From the NCBI GenBank assembly GCA_035623825.1, contig DASPSR010000052.1, forward strand, positions 1 through 64,000: 64,000 bases of DNA. The letters are read 5' to 3'. Below the pieces are notes generated by a model, which saw only the letters and a list, made by a program, of their open reading frames with translations, was not told where the DNA came from and ran no database searches. This DNA comes from Nitrospirota bacterium. GTDB taxonomy: Bacteria > Nitrospirota > UBA9217. The translations under genes and the position numbers were made by a program. Below, one piece after another: positions 18,254 to 28,059 of this stretch (its first letter is position 1; each line of letters starts with the position of its first letter).

Positions 18254-19900
18254 TTAAGGAGCGCTGCCTTTTCTGTACAGTGTGAAAATTTCCGTGGGGT
18301 GGTTGGAAGGGCGTTTGCATTCCCACATTTTTTGCCATGGAGGCCCAGCTGACGCCCGAGACGCCCCACCCCGCTGTTCGAGAAGGAGGTCGCAGTTGCC
18401 TAGGCCTGAGGTCTCGGTACGTCGCGGCTGTATCCCGGTGAAATATTCAAGCATGCCTCTCTCCGACTCTCCCAGGCCCACGCTCGCGAGACAGGCATAC
18501 CGATCGGGCATGGACTTTTTGAGCGCCGTGAATGTATCGCGGTAGCCCGAGCCTGCATTCAAGGCGGGAAGCCATAGCGTCATGACCAGTCCCCAGGTGA
18601 GGACCACCCCCAGGGTCCAGTTTACCACGGCGAACTCAGGCGAGCGGGTGACCTTGATGACAATGCAAAGCCATGCAAGGCTGTAAAGGACAGCTGCAGC
18701 GAGCAAAACACCGTTGACGGAGGGGACATAGTCTGGCTGGAACTCGTGAAGCCTCTGCGCTATTACGACGGGACTGCCTGTCATCATCGCAAACCACCCG
18801 AGCCACAAAAGGAGTGCCACGCCGCTGAAGAACAGAACACTCGAGCGGTTTGCGATAAGCTTAGCTTTCAGCGGAAGCAGATTGATCCCCGGTACGGCAA
18901 TCAGGGTTATCGGCAGGAGCATCGGTACGGCATAGAGCGCCCGATTGGTCGAAGAGGCGCTGAGTATCACAATCATCACGATGAATGCAACCAGGGGGAT
19001 CTGGAAGAGGGGATGTTCACGCCAGGACCGCCTGAAACGCCAGAGTGCCCAGAACGCCGGCAGTACTACTGGCCAAGCGATCCACACGAGATTCAAAATG
19101 TAATAACTGTGAGAATCCGGAGCAGCCGCATTGAAACCGACGGATCCCCTGTTGAACCCCAGGAATCTGCCGAAGTTCTGGTCCCAGAGCCAATGTACGA
19201 AAAAATCGGGTGACCTTCTGTAAAGCGCGGCTGGCCAGATGACTATCCAGGGGAGCGCCCCTATCAGGGCGGCCACGAGGGACACGCCGTAGTCTTTTCG
19301 GCGCCATTGATGGAAAAGCACGGGGAGGGCGGCGGCCGTAACGCCAATAACGCCTGGGGCGAGCAACCCTTTGGTCAAAAATCCAATTCCTGCGCCGGCT
19401 CCGATCCAGAACCCGCCTGCTATTCGACGCCGCCTGGAAAGCGCGAACCCATAGAGAGCAATGGAAAAGCCGGAGAAGAGACCGACGTCGGTGATCAGCT
19501 TATGAGCAGTTACTTGCAGGTGAACGCAGCCGAGCAGCAGTATCACGGCAATCGCGGCGTTTTCCTTGCCGAACAGTTCTCGTGCCGTGAGCGCGAAAAA
19601 CAGGAAAGACAGGAACATATAGAAAGCGGCAGCCATACGGGCGGCGTCGTACAGCTCCAAGGGAGGGGAAAACAGCCGTCCGAAGCCTGCTGCGGTCAGA
19701 AAAAGAAGCGGCGGCTTTTCGAGGAAGGCCTCACCCGCAAGCGAAGGCACAACCCAGTCGCCTGTCTTTATCATATTGTAGACGATGTTGAAGCTATAGG
19801 GCTCGTCTGCCTTCCAGGGTTCTCGGCCGACGGTGCCTGGTATGATCCAGAGCAGGAAGAGAAGAATAAGTGCCGGGAGCGAAAGAATGTTGATTTTCAT
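18254..19900 (-). CDS. ArnT/PMT-like GT-C (GT83/GT39-type) glycosyltransferase
   Basis: DEP, GDWVVP...FLEKPPL, FLTKG motifs; many TM helices. Confidence 0.88.
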   Translation of the reverse strand: MKINILSLPALILLFLLWIIPGTVGREPWKADEPYSFNIVYNMIKTGDWVVPSLAGEAFLEKPPLLFLTAAGFGRLFSPPLELYDAARMAAAFYMFLSFLFFALTARELFGKENAAIAVILLLGCVHLQVTAHKLITDVGLFSGFSIALYGFALSRRRRIAGGFWIGAGAGIGFLTKGLLAPGVIGVTAAALPVLFHQWRRKDYGVSLVAALIGALPWIVIWPAALYRRSPDFFVHWLWDQNFGRFLGFNRGSVGFNAAAPDSHSYYILNLVWIAWPVVLPAFWALWRFRRSWREHPLFQIPLVAFIVMIVILSASSTNRALYAVPMLLPITLIAVPGINLLPLKAKLIANRSSVLFFSGVALLLWLGWFAMMTGSPVVIAQRLHEFQPDYVPSVNGVLLAAAVLYSLAWLCIVIKVTRSPEFAVVNWTLGVVLTWGLVMTLWLPALNAGSGYRDTFTALKKSMPDRYACLASVGLGESERGMLEYFTGIQPRRTETSGLGNCDLLLEQRGGASRASAGPPWQKMWECKRPSNHPTEIFTLYRKGSAP

Positions 19901-20193
19901 AGAAAAATCGAGCGCCAGTACCCTGACTCGCCATTTAGCGCCATGCGCAGGCAGGCCGCTCGCGGGTTCAAAAGAGGTTGCATGCTTTTATAGTACAGGT
20001 AGAAGTCGGTTGTCAAGCTGGAATTGCCCCAAGAGCGGTTTCATGCGGTAGGCAATTTCGACGATCGCTGCACTGCTCATCAAGAGTTCTGGCCAATGCC
20101 GAACCTGCGGCGTTTCGGTCATGATAGTGTCCGGGTTTTAATTTTCTTGATATGGATATCCAATTCTGATAGACTCGACAAGTACTGTCGGCG

Positions 20194-21399
20194 ATGGGGG
20201 TGAAGGCGGTGTCATTTTACAATAGGCGCGCAATGTGGCTGGCGTGGACAGGTTGGGCAGCTCTGTTCCTCGTGGTTGCTGCGATGATTGTTTCAGGGAC
20301 CACTCGGACTGCCGTTCCCCCCTACCGGCTGGCCGCCCTGAACTGGATCGCCGGACAAGGCCTTTACGACGGCACCGGCGTAGGGGGGTTCGTCTATTTT
20401 CCGCAAGCGGCCATTCTGTTCGTGCCGTTTGCATTGCTTCCCCAAGCAGTGAGCGAGATCCTCTGGCGTCTCATAATCATCGGCACGTTCGCGGTGGGCC
20501 TCCGCGGCTTCGCAGCACTTGCGGGTGATAAGACAGAAAAAGAGCTCTTTCCGCTCATGACGCTCGTGGCAATCCCGCTGGCATGGGACTGTGCCCGGAA
20601 CGGCCAAGCCACTCTTATCATGACCGGCTTTATGCTCCTCGCGGTCGTCGATTCGGCCCGAAGCCGCTGGTGGCGCGCTACGCTGTGGCTGGCCCTCGGC
20701 GTGGCCATCAAGCCTCTCGCACTCGTACTCGTCCTGCTGATCGCGGTAATCGACCGCCCAATGACCTGGCGCGTGCTCCTGGGCATGATAGCTCTCGCGT
20801 TGTCGCCCTTTGCGGTCCAGCACCCGCTCTACGTCTTCCAGCAGTATTCGGCGTGCCTGCAGAACATGACGACGGCGGCGCACGTCGGTGTGGTCGCGCA
20901 CGGATGGACGACGCCGTTCACGGCGCTGCGGGCGGTTGCCGGCGTAGACGTACCCGAGCGTATCCAGACCATTATGCGACTCATCGGTGCCGCCGTAACT
21001 CTGGGACTCTGCTTCTTTGCAAGGCGGCGGTTCGATGCGACCCGTTCCGCGGTCTTCCTGTTCTCGCTGGCCGTCCTCTACCTGATGCTTTTCAGCCCTC
21101 GGACGGAGAACAATACCTACGCGATGCTTGGTCCGGCGATCGGCGTGTTTCTCGCTTGTGCGTTCCTGGTCGAGAAACGGACCGGGGAAGGAATCCTGCT
21201 CGCGGCCATGGTATTTACCCTTGCTAGCAGCCGGGTGATCGAGCGCCTGGTTGCGCCTCGCGCAGAAGCAATCTGGCTCCCACCCCTCGTGGCGGCATGC
21301 TTTGCCGTATACCTGCTGGCCCGGTTTTTCAGAGAACCGATGATGCAGACAGACGAGGTGACCCGAAGCGCTGCCGGCCGTCGCCAAAGTACCTCATGA
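20194..21399 (+). CDS. GT87/DUF2029-like membrane glycosyltransferase
   Basis: GFVYFPQAAILFVPF, NGQ, AIKP motifs; polytopic. Start may be 20233. Confidence 0.8.
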   Translation: MGVKAVSFYNRRAMWLAWTGWAALFLVVAAMIVSGTTRTAVPPYRLAALNWIAGQGLYDGTGVGGFVYFPQAAILFVPFALLPQAVSEILWRLIIIGTFAVGLRGFAALAGDKTEKELFPLMTLVAIPLAWDCARNGQATLIMTGFMLLAVVDSARSRWWRATLWLALGVAIKPLALVLVLLIAVIDRPMTWRVLLGMIALALSPFAVQHPLYVFQQYSACLQNMTTAAHVGVVAHGWTTPFTALRAVAGVDVPERIQTIMRLIGAAVTLGLCFFARRRFDATRSAVFLFSLAVLYLMLFSPRTENNTYAMLGPAIGVFLACAFLVEKRTGEGILLAAMVFTLASSRVIERLVAPRAEAIWLPPLVAACFAVYLLARFFREPMMQTDEVTRSAAGRRQSTS

Positions 21400-22517
21400 A
21401 AGTCGTCGTTATCCTTCCCGCCTGCAATGAAAAAGAGGATGTTCTGCTGCTACTTCGGTCGCTTCTGGGGCAATTCTCGAAAATTTCTCATGATATGCAT
21501 ATCCTGATTGTTGATGACAACTCCTCGGTCGGAGTGGCGGATGCCGTCAGGGCAGAATTCAGGACAGCATCGAACATCTTTTTGATCACCGGTAGGGGGA
21601 AGGGTCTCGGGGCCGCCTATATACTGGGCATGAAATACGCAATCACTGATCTCCATGCCGATGCCGTGATCGAGATGGACGCGGACATCTCCCAGAAGCC
21701 CGATGACGTGCCCCGGTTGATCGGGGCTTTGGATCAGGGAGACGACTTTGTGATCGGCAGCGGCTGTGTACCGGGAGGGAAATTACCTGAGGACTGGGGC
21801 TTTCTAAGGAAGATGAATTACAAGTGGGGTAACGTCTTTGTCCGGTACCTGGCTGGGATATACAAGGTTAGGGATTGCACAGCGGGGTTCCGGGCAATCC
21901 GCTCTCCGCTTATCAGGAAGATGGACCTTGACGCGCTCAAGGGAGACGGATACTCATTCCAGCTATCGCTCCTCCATGAGGCGATCGTCAATGATGCTGT
22001 TGTACGGGAAATCCCCGTCGAGTTCGTGGACAGGCGAAGAGGTCAGAAGAAACCGGGTTTTTCCGACATGGTCGGATTCATGCTGAATGCGTGGCGGATA
22101 CGGTTCGATCGGAGCAAGACCTTCTTGAAATTTTCCGTCGTCGGGGCAACAGGGGTCGTCGTGAATCTCGCCTCGTTCACGATATTGATGGCTTTCGGGC
22201 TGAGCAAATTTATCGCGTCTCCCTTAGCAATCGAGCTGTCAATCATATCTAATTTTGTTTTCAATAATTTCTGGACGTTCTCGGACAGAGGGGGTAATGG
22301 CAGGATCCATAGCCGGGCCGTGAAGTTTCATATCATTTCCGTAGTTGCCCTCGTGGTCAGCTATAGCACATTTCTGTTGTTGAGCATGATCGATCCGGCT
22401 GGCATACCGCAAATTCATCAGGCAGTTGGCATTGTGCCCGCCGCGCTCATCAATTATTTCCTGAACGCCTACTGGACGTTCAAGGACGACGGGCACCCCC
22501 GTAGCCGTGCGCGATAA
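21396..22517 (+). CDS. GT2 polyprenol-monophosphomannose synthase-like protein fused to a GtrA-like domain
   Basis: MKVVVILP..NE, GLGAAY, MDAD, DCTAGFRA; C-terminal KFSVVGATGVVVN...NNFWTF. ATGA overlap. Confidence 0.85.
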   Translation: MKVVVILPACNEKEDVLLLLRSLLGQFSKISHDMHILIVDDNSSVGVADAVRAEFRTASNIFLITGRGKGLGAAYILGMKYAITDLHADAVIEMDADISQKPDDVPRLIGALDQGDDFVIGSGCVPGGKLPEDWGFLRKMNYKWGNVFVRYLAGIYKVRDCTAGFRAIRSPLIRKMDLDALKGDGYSFQLSLLHEAIVNDAVVREIPVEFVDRRRGQKKPGFSDMVGFMLNAWRIRFDRSKTFLKFSVVGATGVVVNLASFTILMAFGLSKFIASPLAIELSIISNFVFNNFWTFSDRGGNGRIHSRAVKFHIISVVALVVSYSTFLLLSMIDPAGIPQIHQAVGIVPAALINYFLNAYWTFKDDGHPRSRAR

Positions 22518-22593
22518 CGGATCGCCTGTCAGGCGTTGAAGCCGCCCCGTGATTCTCCAGGGGGTTTATCGCTGCTCAACCCTTCCGAATGTT

Positions 22594-24459
22594 TTAGGAA
22601 ATTTGTGCAAGCTCCTTTAACTGCCGATCGAATTCTTTTGCCTTCGCGTCGTGTTCGTTCGTTGCCTTCTCGAGTTCTGCGAAGAGCGTATCGATGTTCG
22701 TTTTGGCGTCGCGCACGGCCGTCGAGAGCCGCTTGATCTCAAGGGCCCGGCCCTTCATCGACGCTTCAAGGAGCTCCTGAGTGTCCCTCTCCACCCCTTG
22801 TTCTAGCCGTGTGATCTCTTGTTCGAGGAGCGCGATCCTGTTCTTGAGCGTCCCGAGGACCTTCGACTTGTCAGAGATGATCCCGGCACGCATTTTTTTA
22901 GCGTCCTTCCGATTCACGCTCCTGTCAGATTCCGCCTTCTCCCCAAGCTTTGCGCGCACCCCTCCCTCATCCCGCCAACCCAGGCGCTCGAGGAAGTCGA
23001 AGTATGTGCCTTCGAAGACACTGACAGTACCGCCATCGAAGACGATCAGCTTTGTCGCCACTGCCTCCAGTATCATCTCGCTGTGAGTAACAATGATGAC
23101 CGCTCCGTCAAAGACCTCGATGGCCTCGATCAGCGAGTCGATCGACTCCATGTCCAGGTGGTTCGTTGGCTCATCCAGCAGAAGCAGGTTGGCCGGCGAG
23201 ACCAGCAGTTTTCCCAGCAGCACACGGCTTCTCTCTCCGCCCGAGAGGACGCTTACCTTCTTAAGCGCATTGTCCCCCTCGAACATCATGAGTCCGCAAA
23301 TCGAGCGCGCCTCGTTCTGGCTGTGGTCCGGATGGGCGTCCATGATCTCTTGGAGCGCCGTTTTGTCAGGCCGCAGACGGTTGATATTGGTCTGGCCGAA
23401 GTAGGCGATCTTTGCATTCGGGTGGAGTTTGAGCGCTCCGCTGTTCGGAGAGAGCTCCCTGGCCAGCAAATTCAGGAGCGTGGTTTTGCCCTTGCCGTTC
23501 TTCCCGATCACTGCGATGCGGTCCTTTTTGCCGACGGTAAAGGTCAGACCGTCGATCAGTTTCGGGCCGTTCGAAGAGAATGAAAAAAAAATGTCTTCCA
23601 CGGTCATAAGCCGTTTGGCCGCGAATGGAGCGTACCGGAACTGGAAGTCGAGGGACTTGATCTCGTCGAGCTTCTCAAGCTTCTCGTGTTTTTCGAGCGC
23701 CTTGATCCGGGACTGGACCGCACGGGCCTTCGTGGCCTGGGCGCGGAAGCGGTTGATGAACTGCTCGACTTCTTTCCTTTTTTTCTCATCGTTCTGTCGC
23801 GTCTTTTCATAGATCTCTTCTTCCAGGAGGATTTGATCGTAGTATTTCTGCGTGGATCCTGCGATCTTGCGCACCTTGCAGCGATGGATGCCCATCGTAT
23901 GGGTGGTGACACTGTCCATGAAGTCTCGGTCGTGAGTGATGATGATGAGCTCGCACCTCCAGGCGCGCAAAAACTGCGTGAGCCAGCGGACCGAGACAAT
24001 ATCGAGATAGTTTGTGGGCTCATCCAAAAGCAGGAGGTTTGGCTCGGACACGAGTACCTTGGCGAGATTCAACCGCACCTGGTAACCACCCGATAATGAT
24101 TTGGGCGGGCGGTGGAAGTCCTCGTTCGTGAATCCGAGCCCGTGGAGAATGGTCTCGGCCTTATATGTCTCGTCGCGATGATCCTCATTGATCGGAAGGC
24201 TCAGACAGGTTTCCCGGAGAACGGTATCTTCCGTAAAATGAATGTGCTGCGAGAGGTGCCTGATCGTGTACCCCGAGGGCACAGTTATAGTTCCGCTGTC
24301 GGGATGTTCCTGGTCAAGGATCATGCGCAAGAGCGTGGTCTTGCCGTGGCCGTTCCTCCCGACGAGCCCCACGCGCTCGCCCGAGTTTATGGCAAAGCTG
24401 ACTCCGTCGAAAAGCAACTGCTTGCCGTAGGATTTTTCAATGTTTGTTACTTGGAGCAT
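22594..24459 (-). CDS. ABC-F family ATPase
   Basis: Two Walker A motifs (GRNGHGKTT, GKNGKGKTT), LSGG, DEPTN, C-terminal coiled coil. Start MLQV at 24459. Confidence 0.92.
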   Translation of the reverse strand: MLQVTNIEKSYGKQLLFDGVSFAINSGERVGLVGRNGHGKTTLLRMILDQEHPDSGTITVPSGYTIRHLSQHIHFTEDTVLRETCLSLPINEDHRDETYKAETILHGLGFTNEDFHRPPKSLSGGYQVRLNLAKVLVSEPNLLLLDEPTNYLDIVSVRWLTQFLRAWRCELIIITHDRDFMDSVTTHTMGIHRCKVRKIAGSTQKYYDQILLEEEIYEKTRQNDEKKRKEVEQFINRFRAQATKARAVQSRIKALEKHEKLEKLDEIKSLDFQFRYAPFAAKRLMTVEDIFFSFSSNGPKLIDGLTFTVGKKDRIAVIGKNGKGKTTLLNLLARELSPNSGALKLHPNAKIAYFGQTNINRLRPDKTALQEIMDAHPDHSQNEARSICGLMMFEGDNALKKVSVLSGGERSRVLLGKLLVSPANLLLLDEPTNHLDMESIDSLIEAIEVFDGAVIIVTHSEMILEAVATKLIVFDGGTVSVFEGTYFDFLERLGWRDEGGVRAKLGEKAESDRSVNRKDAKKMRAGIISDKSKVLGTLKNRIALLEQEITRLEQGVERDTQELLEASMKGRALEIKRLSTAVRDAKTNIDTLFAELEKATNEHDAKAKEFDRQLKELAQIS

Positions 24460-24633
24460 GGTCAGTCTCTGATAAACGCCGCACCACCTGCCGATGCGAC
24501 AAAAAATATAATACCGTAGGACAGCCGCCCATGGCAAATGTTTTTTCACCACAAGCGGCCTGAGGAATCGTCTGTGATCCTGATCACTCTCCCGATCCGG
24601 CAAGGAATGCGGCAGGCGTTTTTCATCTCTCTC

Positions 24634-24662
24634 TTGACAATAGAGTGATGAAGTGATAGATT
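24634..24662 (+). promoter_or_regulatory. Sigma70 promoter for the riboswitch-led operon
   Basis: TTGACA-N17-TAGATT with extended TG. Confidence 0.7.
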
Positions 24663-24693
24663 TTAAACTACTTGTTGGAAACACTTGAATGGT

Positions 24694-24836
24694 AACTTTG
24701 CTCAGAGCAAACCATGGGAAACCATGGGGCGCAGAGCCACGAAGCTAAATAAAACAGGAATCTCTTCCCGCTCGTAGCGGGGTGATGAGCAGGAGGAAGA
24801 ATAACTGTCTTATATGCTAGTCGAGCCGCCAAAGGG
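24694..24836 (+). ncRNA. GEMM-I (c-di-GMP-I class) riboswitch, A20 variant (predicted c-AMP-GMP sensing)
   Basis: GAGCAAACCATGG-GAAA-CCATGGGGCGCAGAGCC...CTAA...ATGCTAGTCGAGCCGCC; P1 CTTTG/CAAAG. Confidence 0.88.
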
Positions 24837-24862
24837 TTTGTGACTGCTTTGGCGGTTTTTTT
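24825..24862 (+). terminator. Intrinsic terminator (riboswitch expression platform)
   Basis: GCCGCCAAAG...CTTTGGCGGT followed by a T-tract; overlaps the aptamer 3' strand. Confidence 0.85.
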
Positions 24863-24939
24863 ATTGAATAGAAGGGTGGCTGATGTTAACCTATGACGTC
24901 ACCTTACGTTGTCAATTTCCGATTCAGGAGGAGAGGAAT

Positions 24940-25389
24940 ATGAATCGAGCAAAGAACCTCGTACTGGTTGTTCTGCTGTTCCTCATGGCGGCATGTTCGC
25001 CGAAGATATATGGGACCGTGCATCTTTTCGATGCAAATATGCAGCCCATTCCAGCCACAACAGAAAACCCGCAGGGTACGGTGGTGAACATGATCAACAC
25101 TACCACAAACCTGGAGAAGGCATCTCATGCAGTAACGGTGAACGCCGAGGGCAAGTTCGAGTCCGTCAAGGACGCCATCATCCCGGGGATATACAAGGTT
25201 GAGGCAAGCAGGATCGGCTTCATGACGGAGACGCAGAGCGTGGAAGTTACCAAGTTCGGGCGCAAGAAGGTGGAGTTCAAACTCAAGAAGATCCCCGAGG
25301 GCAAACGCAAGACCATTGAAGGATCGAAGTCCGACGAAGACAAGATCGTGAACCCCGGTGAGGTCAATATCGAACCGCCGACCATGTGA
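24940..25389 (+). CDS. Lipoprotein with carboxypeptidase-regulatory-like (transthyretin-fold) domain
   Basis: Lipobox MAAC; PGIYKVEASRIGF motif; GGAGG RBS. Confidence 0.75.
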   Translation: MNRAKNLVLVVLLFLMAACSPKIYGTVHLFDANMQPIPATTENPQGTVVNMINTTTNLEKASHAVTVNAEGKFESVKDAIIPGIYKVEASRIGFMTETQSVEVTKFGRKKVEFKLKKIPEGKRKTIEGSKSDEDKIVNPGEVNIEPPTM

Positions 25390-25464
25390 CGATGCGGTGC
25401 GTCGATATGGCGAATTTCAATCCTCTTTTCCCCATGTCTATATGTTTTTCGAAGGAGGCGTCCT

Positions 25465-28038
25465 ATGGGTAAGCTCTCTGTACGGTCAGCTCTGATCATG
25501 TCGGCATCGTTGATGCTCTTTGCATGCGCGGGCGAAAAGCTTGAAATCGAAGTGAAGGCCCGGGTAGATGGCAAGCCTGCGACGCAGGCAACGGTCACCA
25601 TAGACGGCGAGGAGCAGGGCGTCACCGATGCGAACGGTACCTTTACGAAGATCTTGGTGAAGAAACCAGGCGCCGAGGTCGAGGTCGCGGTTGTCAAGGA
25701 AATGCCAGGCTACCGGATCAAGCCCTGGAAGACCACCTTCCTCGTCAAACTTGCCAAGTCTGGGACTGTGGAGAAGTATTCTTTCGAAGCTGAACTTCCA
25801 GCCTCGCGATATGTGACGATCCGTGCTACGGAGAAGGGAGTCCCGGTTCCCGATGCCGTGGTCAAGGCAGGTGGAACAGAAGCGGGAAAGACCGATGCAA
25901 AGGGCGAATTCGTATACGAATATCAGGAGCTGCCAAAAACGGGAATCGACCTGGCCGTGAGCAAACCGGGATACAGCGTCTGGCGCATGACCGGAGCAGT
26001 TGAACCTGGCCAGCAGATAGAGGCTGCCCTCAACAAAAGGGTTTTACTTACCATCTCGGCGCTCATGGAGGAATACGGCCAGGCGAGCGGCATCCCGGGG
26101 ATTTCTGTGACCATTGACAAAAAGCAGGTGGGCGCGACTGATGCCAAGGGGATGTATACTTTCAGCTATGAAGGCGAGCCGGGAAGAAAGGTTCAGATCG
26201 CGCTTGCCGCTGACGGTTATATTCCAGCAACCTGGAAGACTTCCGCTGTGCTTGAAGGCGATATCACCCTCCAACGGTATTTCTATCCGACGACGCCCAA
26301 GCCGATCCGGATCGGCATCTACCGCTTTATAGGAAATACGCCGAACGTTGACCTCAATGATGTTGTGGCACAGACAGAATCCGCCTTGGCAGCGCAGCTC
26401 TTCAAGAATTCCTGTTTCCGCGAGGTGCAGACAAAAACGCTCCAGGCCGAGATCAAGCGCGCGAAGTTGAACATTGAGAAGATCACCGCCAGGGGATGGA
26501 GGGACACACCGCTCCGTAAAACCGTGGACATGATCATTCTCGGCAGTGTAGCCAAGGAAGACACGGGCCTGCTGATCGAGACCAAGTTCTATACGTCCGG
26601 TGGCAAGCTCATCCTGAGCCATATCACGAGGGCCAGAGGGGCAGGAGACATCAACAGCGCTGCCAAGGAGATAGCCTCAGCCGTGCTTGAACGGTTCCCG
26701 TTTGAGGGCACCGTAATATCCATCGAAGGCGAGCGGTACCGGATCAATCTCGGCAAGTCAGGCTACCGGATCAGCAGCGGAACCGAGTTTGCCCTCATGG
26801 CTCCGCGTCTCGACGAGAGCGGCAAGATCTCGGGATACCGGGAGACGGGCAGGCTCAAGATCAAGAAGGCCGAGGACGCCGGTTCTTGGGCGGAGGTTGA
26901 AGACCTGAAAAAAGGAGAGAAGATCGCGATCGGTGATCGGGCGGTGCGCCGCATCTACCGTGAAGGCGAGGAGGAGGGCGCGCGCAATTACTTTGTCGTC
27001 TCCGTAAAGGGGGGTATCCCTCCTGATGTGTCGCCCCTGGCCGGAGTGAACATCTATATGAACGATGAGTGGCTTGGCACCACGGGTGCCGACGGAAAGG
27101 CCGAGGTCCCCGTGCGCCTCGGTAAGAGCTTCAACCTCGTGCTCTACCGGCACGGGTACCAGCAAGTGAGCGATAAGGTCACGATCGAAAAGAATAAGGA
27201 CACGAAGGAATTCGTACTAAGTGTCAATAATTCCGTGTTCAAGGTGGATTCCGATCCGCAGTCGGCAGAAGTTTTCGTGGACGGGGAGAAGATCGGGAAA
27301 ACGCCGATCCTCGACGGCAAGCTGGTGAATCTCGGCTTCCATACGGTCAAGGTCTCGATTGGCGGCGATTACCGTGACTGGGAAGAGATAGTGGAGTTCT
27401 CCAAGAAAGAAGAGGACCGTACCGGAGACCGGAAGATCATCCTTCCCAAGGATTATCTCAAGATCGGGGAACGGGCCGAGCAGAATGGCGATGTCGATGG
27501 TGCGATCCAAGCGTACCAGAGCACGGAGAAGGGACACCCTGACTACTCAGAGGCTCACCACCGGCTGGCTCAAATCTACCTCGATGACAAGAACGACTAC
27601 GATGCGGCGATTCGCGAGTTCGAGAACGTGCTCTCGCTGCCCGAGAACCAGCAGCTTGTCTATAAGCAGTTCGCTGTAGCCTTCACGAATCTCGGACACG
27701 CATACTACGAGAAGGGAAGTGCCCTTGTGCAAAAAGACAGGGATGCTGCGGCGCAGGACTTCGCCATGGCTATCCAGAATCTGCAGATTGCGAAGCAGAA
27801 CACGCGGTTCTTCCCGACAATGCATTACGACGAAGCCCTTCACGATACATATTATTACACGGCGCTTTCGTACCACAAGCTCTACCTTATCACGAGGAAG
27901 ACCGCTATCCTGAACAGCGCCAACCGTGCGTGGCAGGAATACTTCGATTTTTTCCCGAAGAAGCTCGAAGGGAACAGCGCCTTCGATCAGGCCCGCGAGA
28001 CGGCCCAGAAGTATTGGGACCAGATCAAGAACCTTTAA
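25465..28038 (+). CDS. Large lipoprotein: four beta-sandwich repeats, CsgG/FlgT-like region, PEGA domain, TPRs
   Basis: Lipobox LFAC; GxTDAxG-like repeats; FPFEGTVISIEG...INLG; SDPQSAEVFVDG..IGKTP (PEGA); C-terminal TPRs. Confidence 0.75.
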   Translation: MGKLSVRSALIMSASLMLFACAGEKLEIEVKARVDGKPATQATVTIDGEEQGVTDANGTFTKILVKKPGAEVEVAVVKEMPGYRIKPWKTTFLVKLAKSGTVEKYSFEAELPASRYVTIRATEKGVPVPDAVVKAGGTEAGKTDAKGEFVYEYQELPKTGIDLAVSKPGYSVWRMTGAVEPGQQIEAALNKRVLLTISALMEEYGQASGIPGISVTIDKKQVGATDAKGMYTFSYEGEPGRKVQIALAADGYIPATWKTSAVLEGDITLQRYFYPTTPKPIRIGIYRFIGNTPNVDLNDVVAQTESALAAQLFKNSCFREVQTKTLQAEIKRAKLNIEKITARGWRDTPLRKTVDMIILGSVAKEDTGLLIETKFYTSGGKLILSHITRARGAGDINSAAKEIASAVLERFPFEGTVISIEGERYRINLGKSGYRISSGTEFALMAPRLDESGKISGYRETGRLKIKKAEDAGSWAEVEDLKKGEKIAIGDRAVRRIYREGEEEGARNYFVVSVKGGIPPDVSPLAGVNIYMNDEWLGTTGADGKAEVPVRLGKSFNLVLYRHGYQQVSDKVTIEKNKDTKEFVLSVNNSVFKVDSDPQSAEVFVDGEKIGKTPILDGKLVNLGFHTVKVSIGGDYRDWEEIVEFSKKEEDRTGDRKIILPKDYLKIGERAEQNGDVDGAIQAYQSTEKGHPDYSEAHHRLAQIYLDDKNDYDAAIREFENVLSLPENQQLVYKQFAVAFTNLGHAYYEKGSALVQKDRDAAAQDFAMAIQNLQIAKQNTRFFPTMHYDEALHDTYYYTALSYHKLYLITRKTAILNSANRAWQEYFDFFPKKLEGNSAFDQARETAQKYWDQIKNL

Positions 28039-28059
28039 TTCACCGAAGGAGGGCCTTGA

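Noticed and set aside
24460-24684. 75-aa N-terminal extension of the ABC-F ORF
   Set aside because: Runs through the divergent promoter region; the family-typical start is MLQV at 24459.
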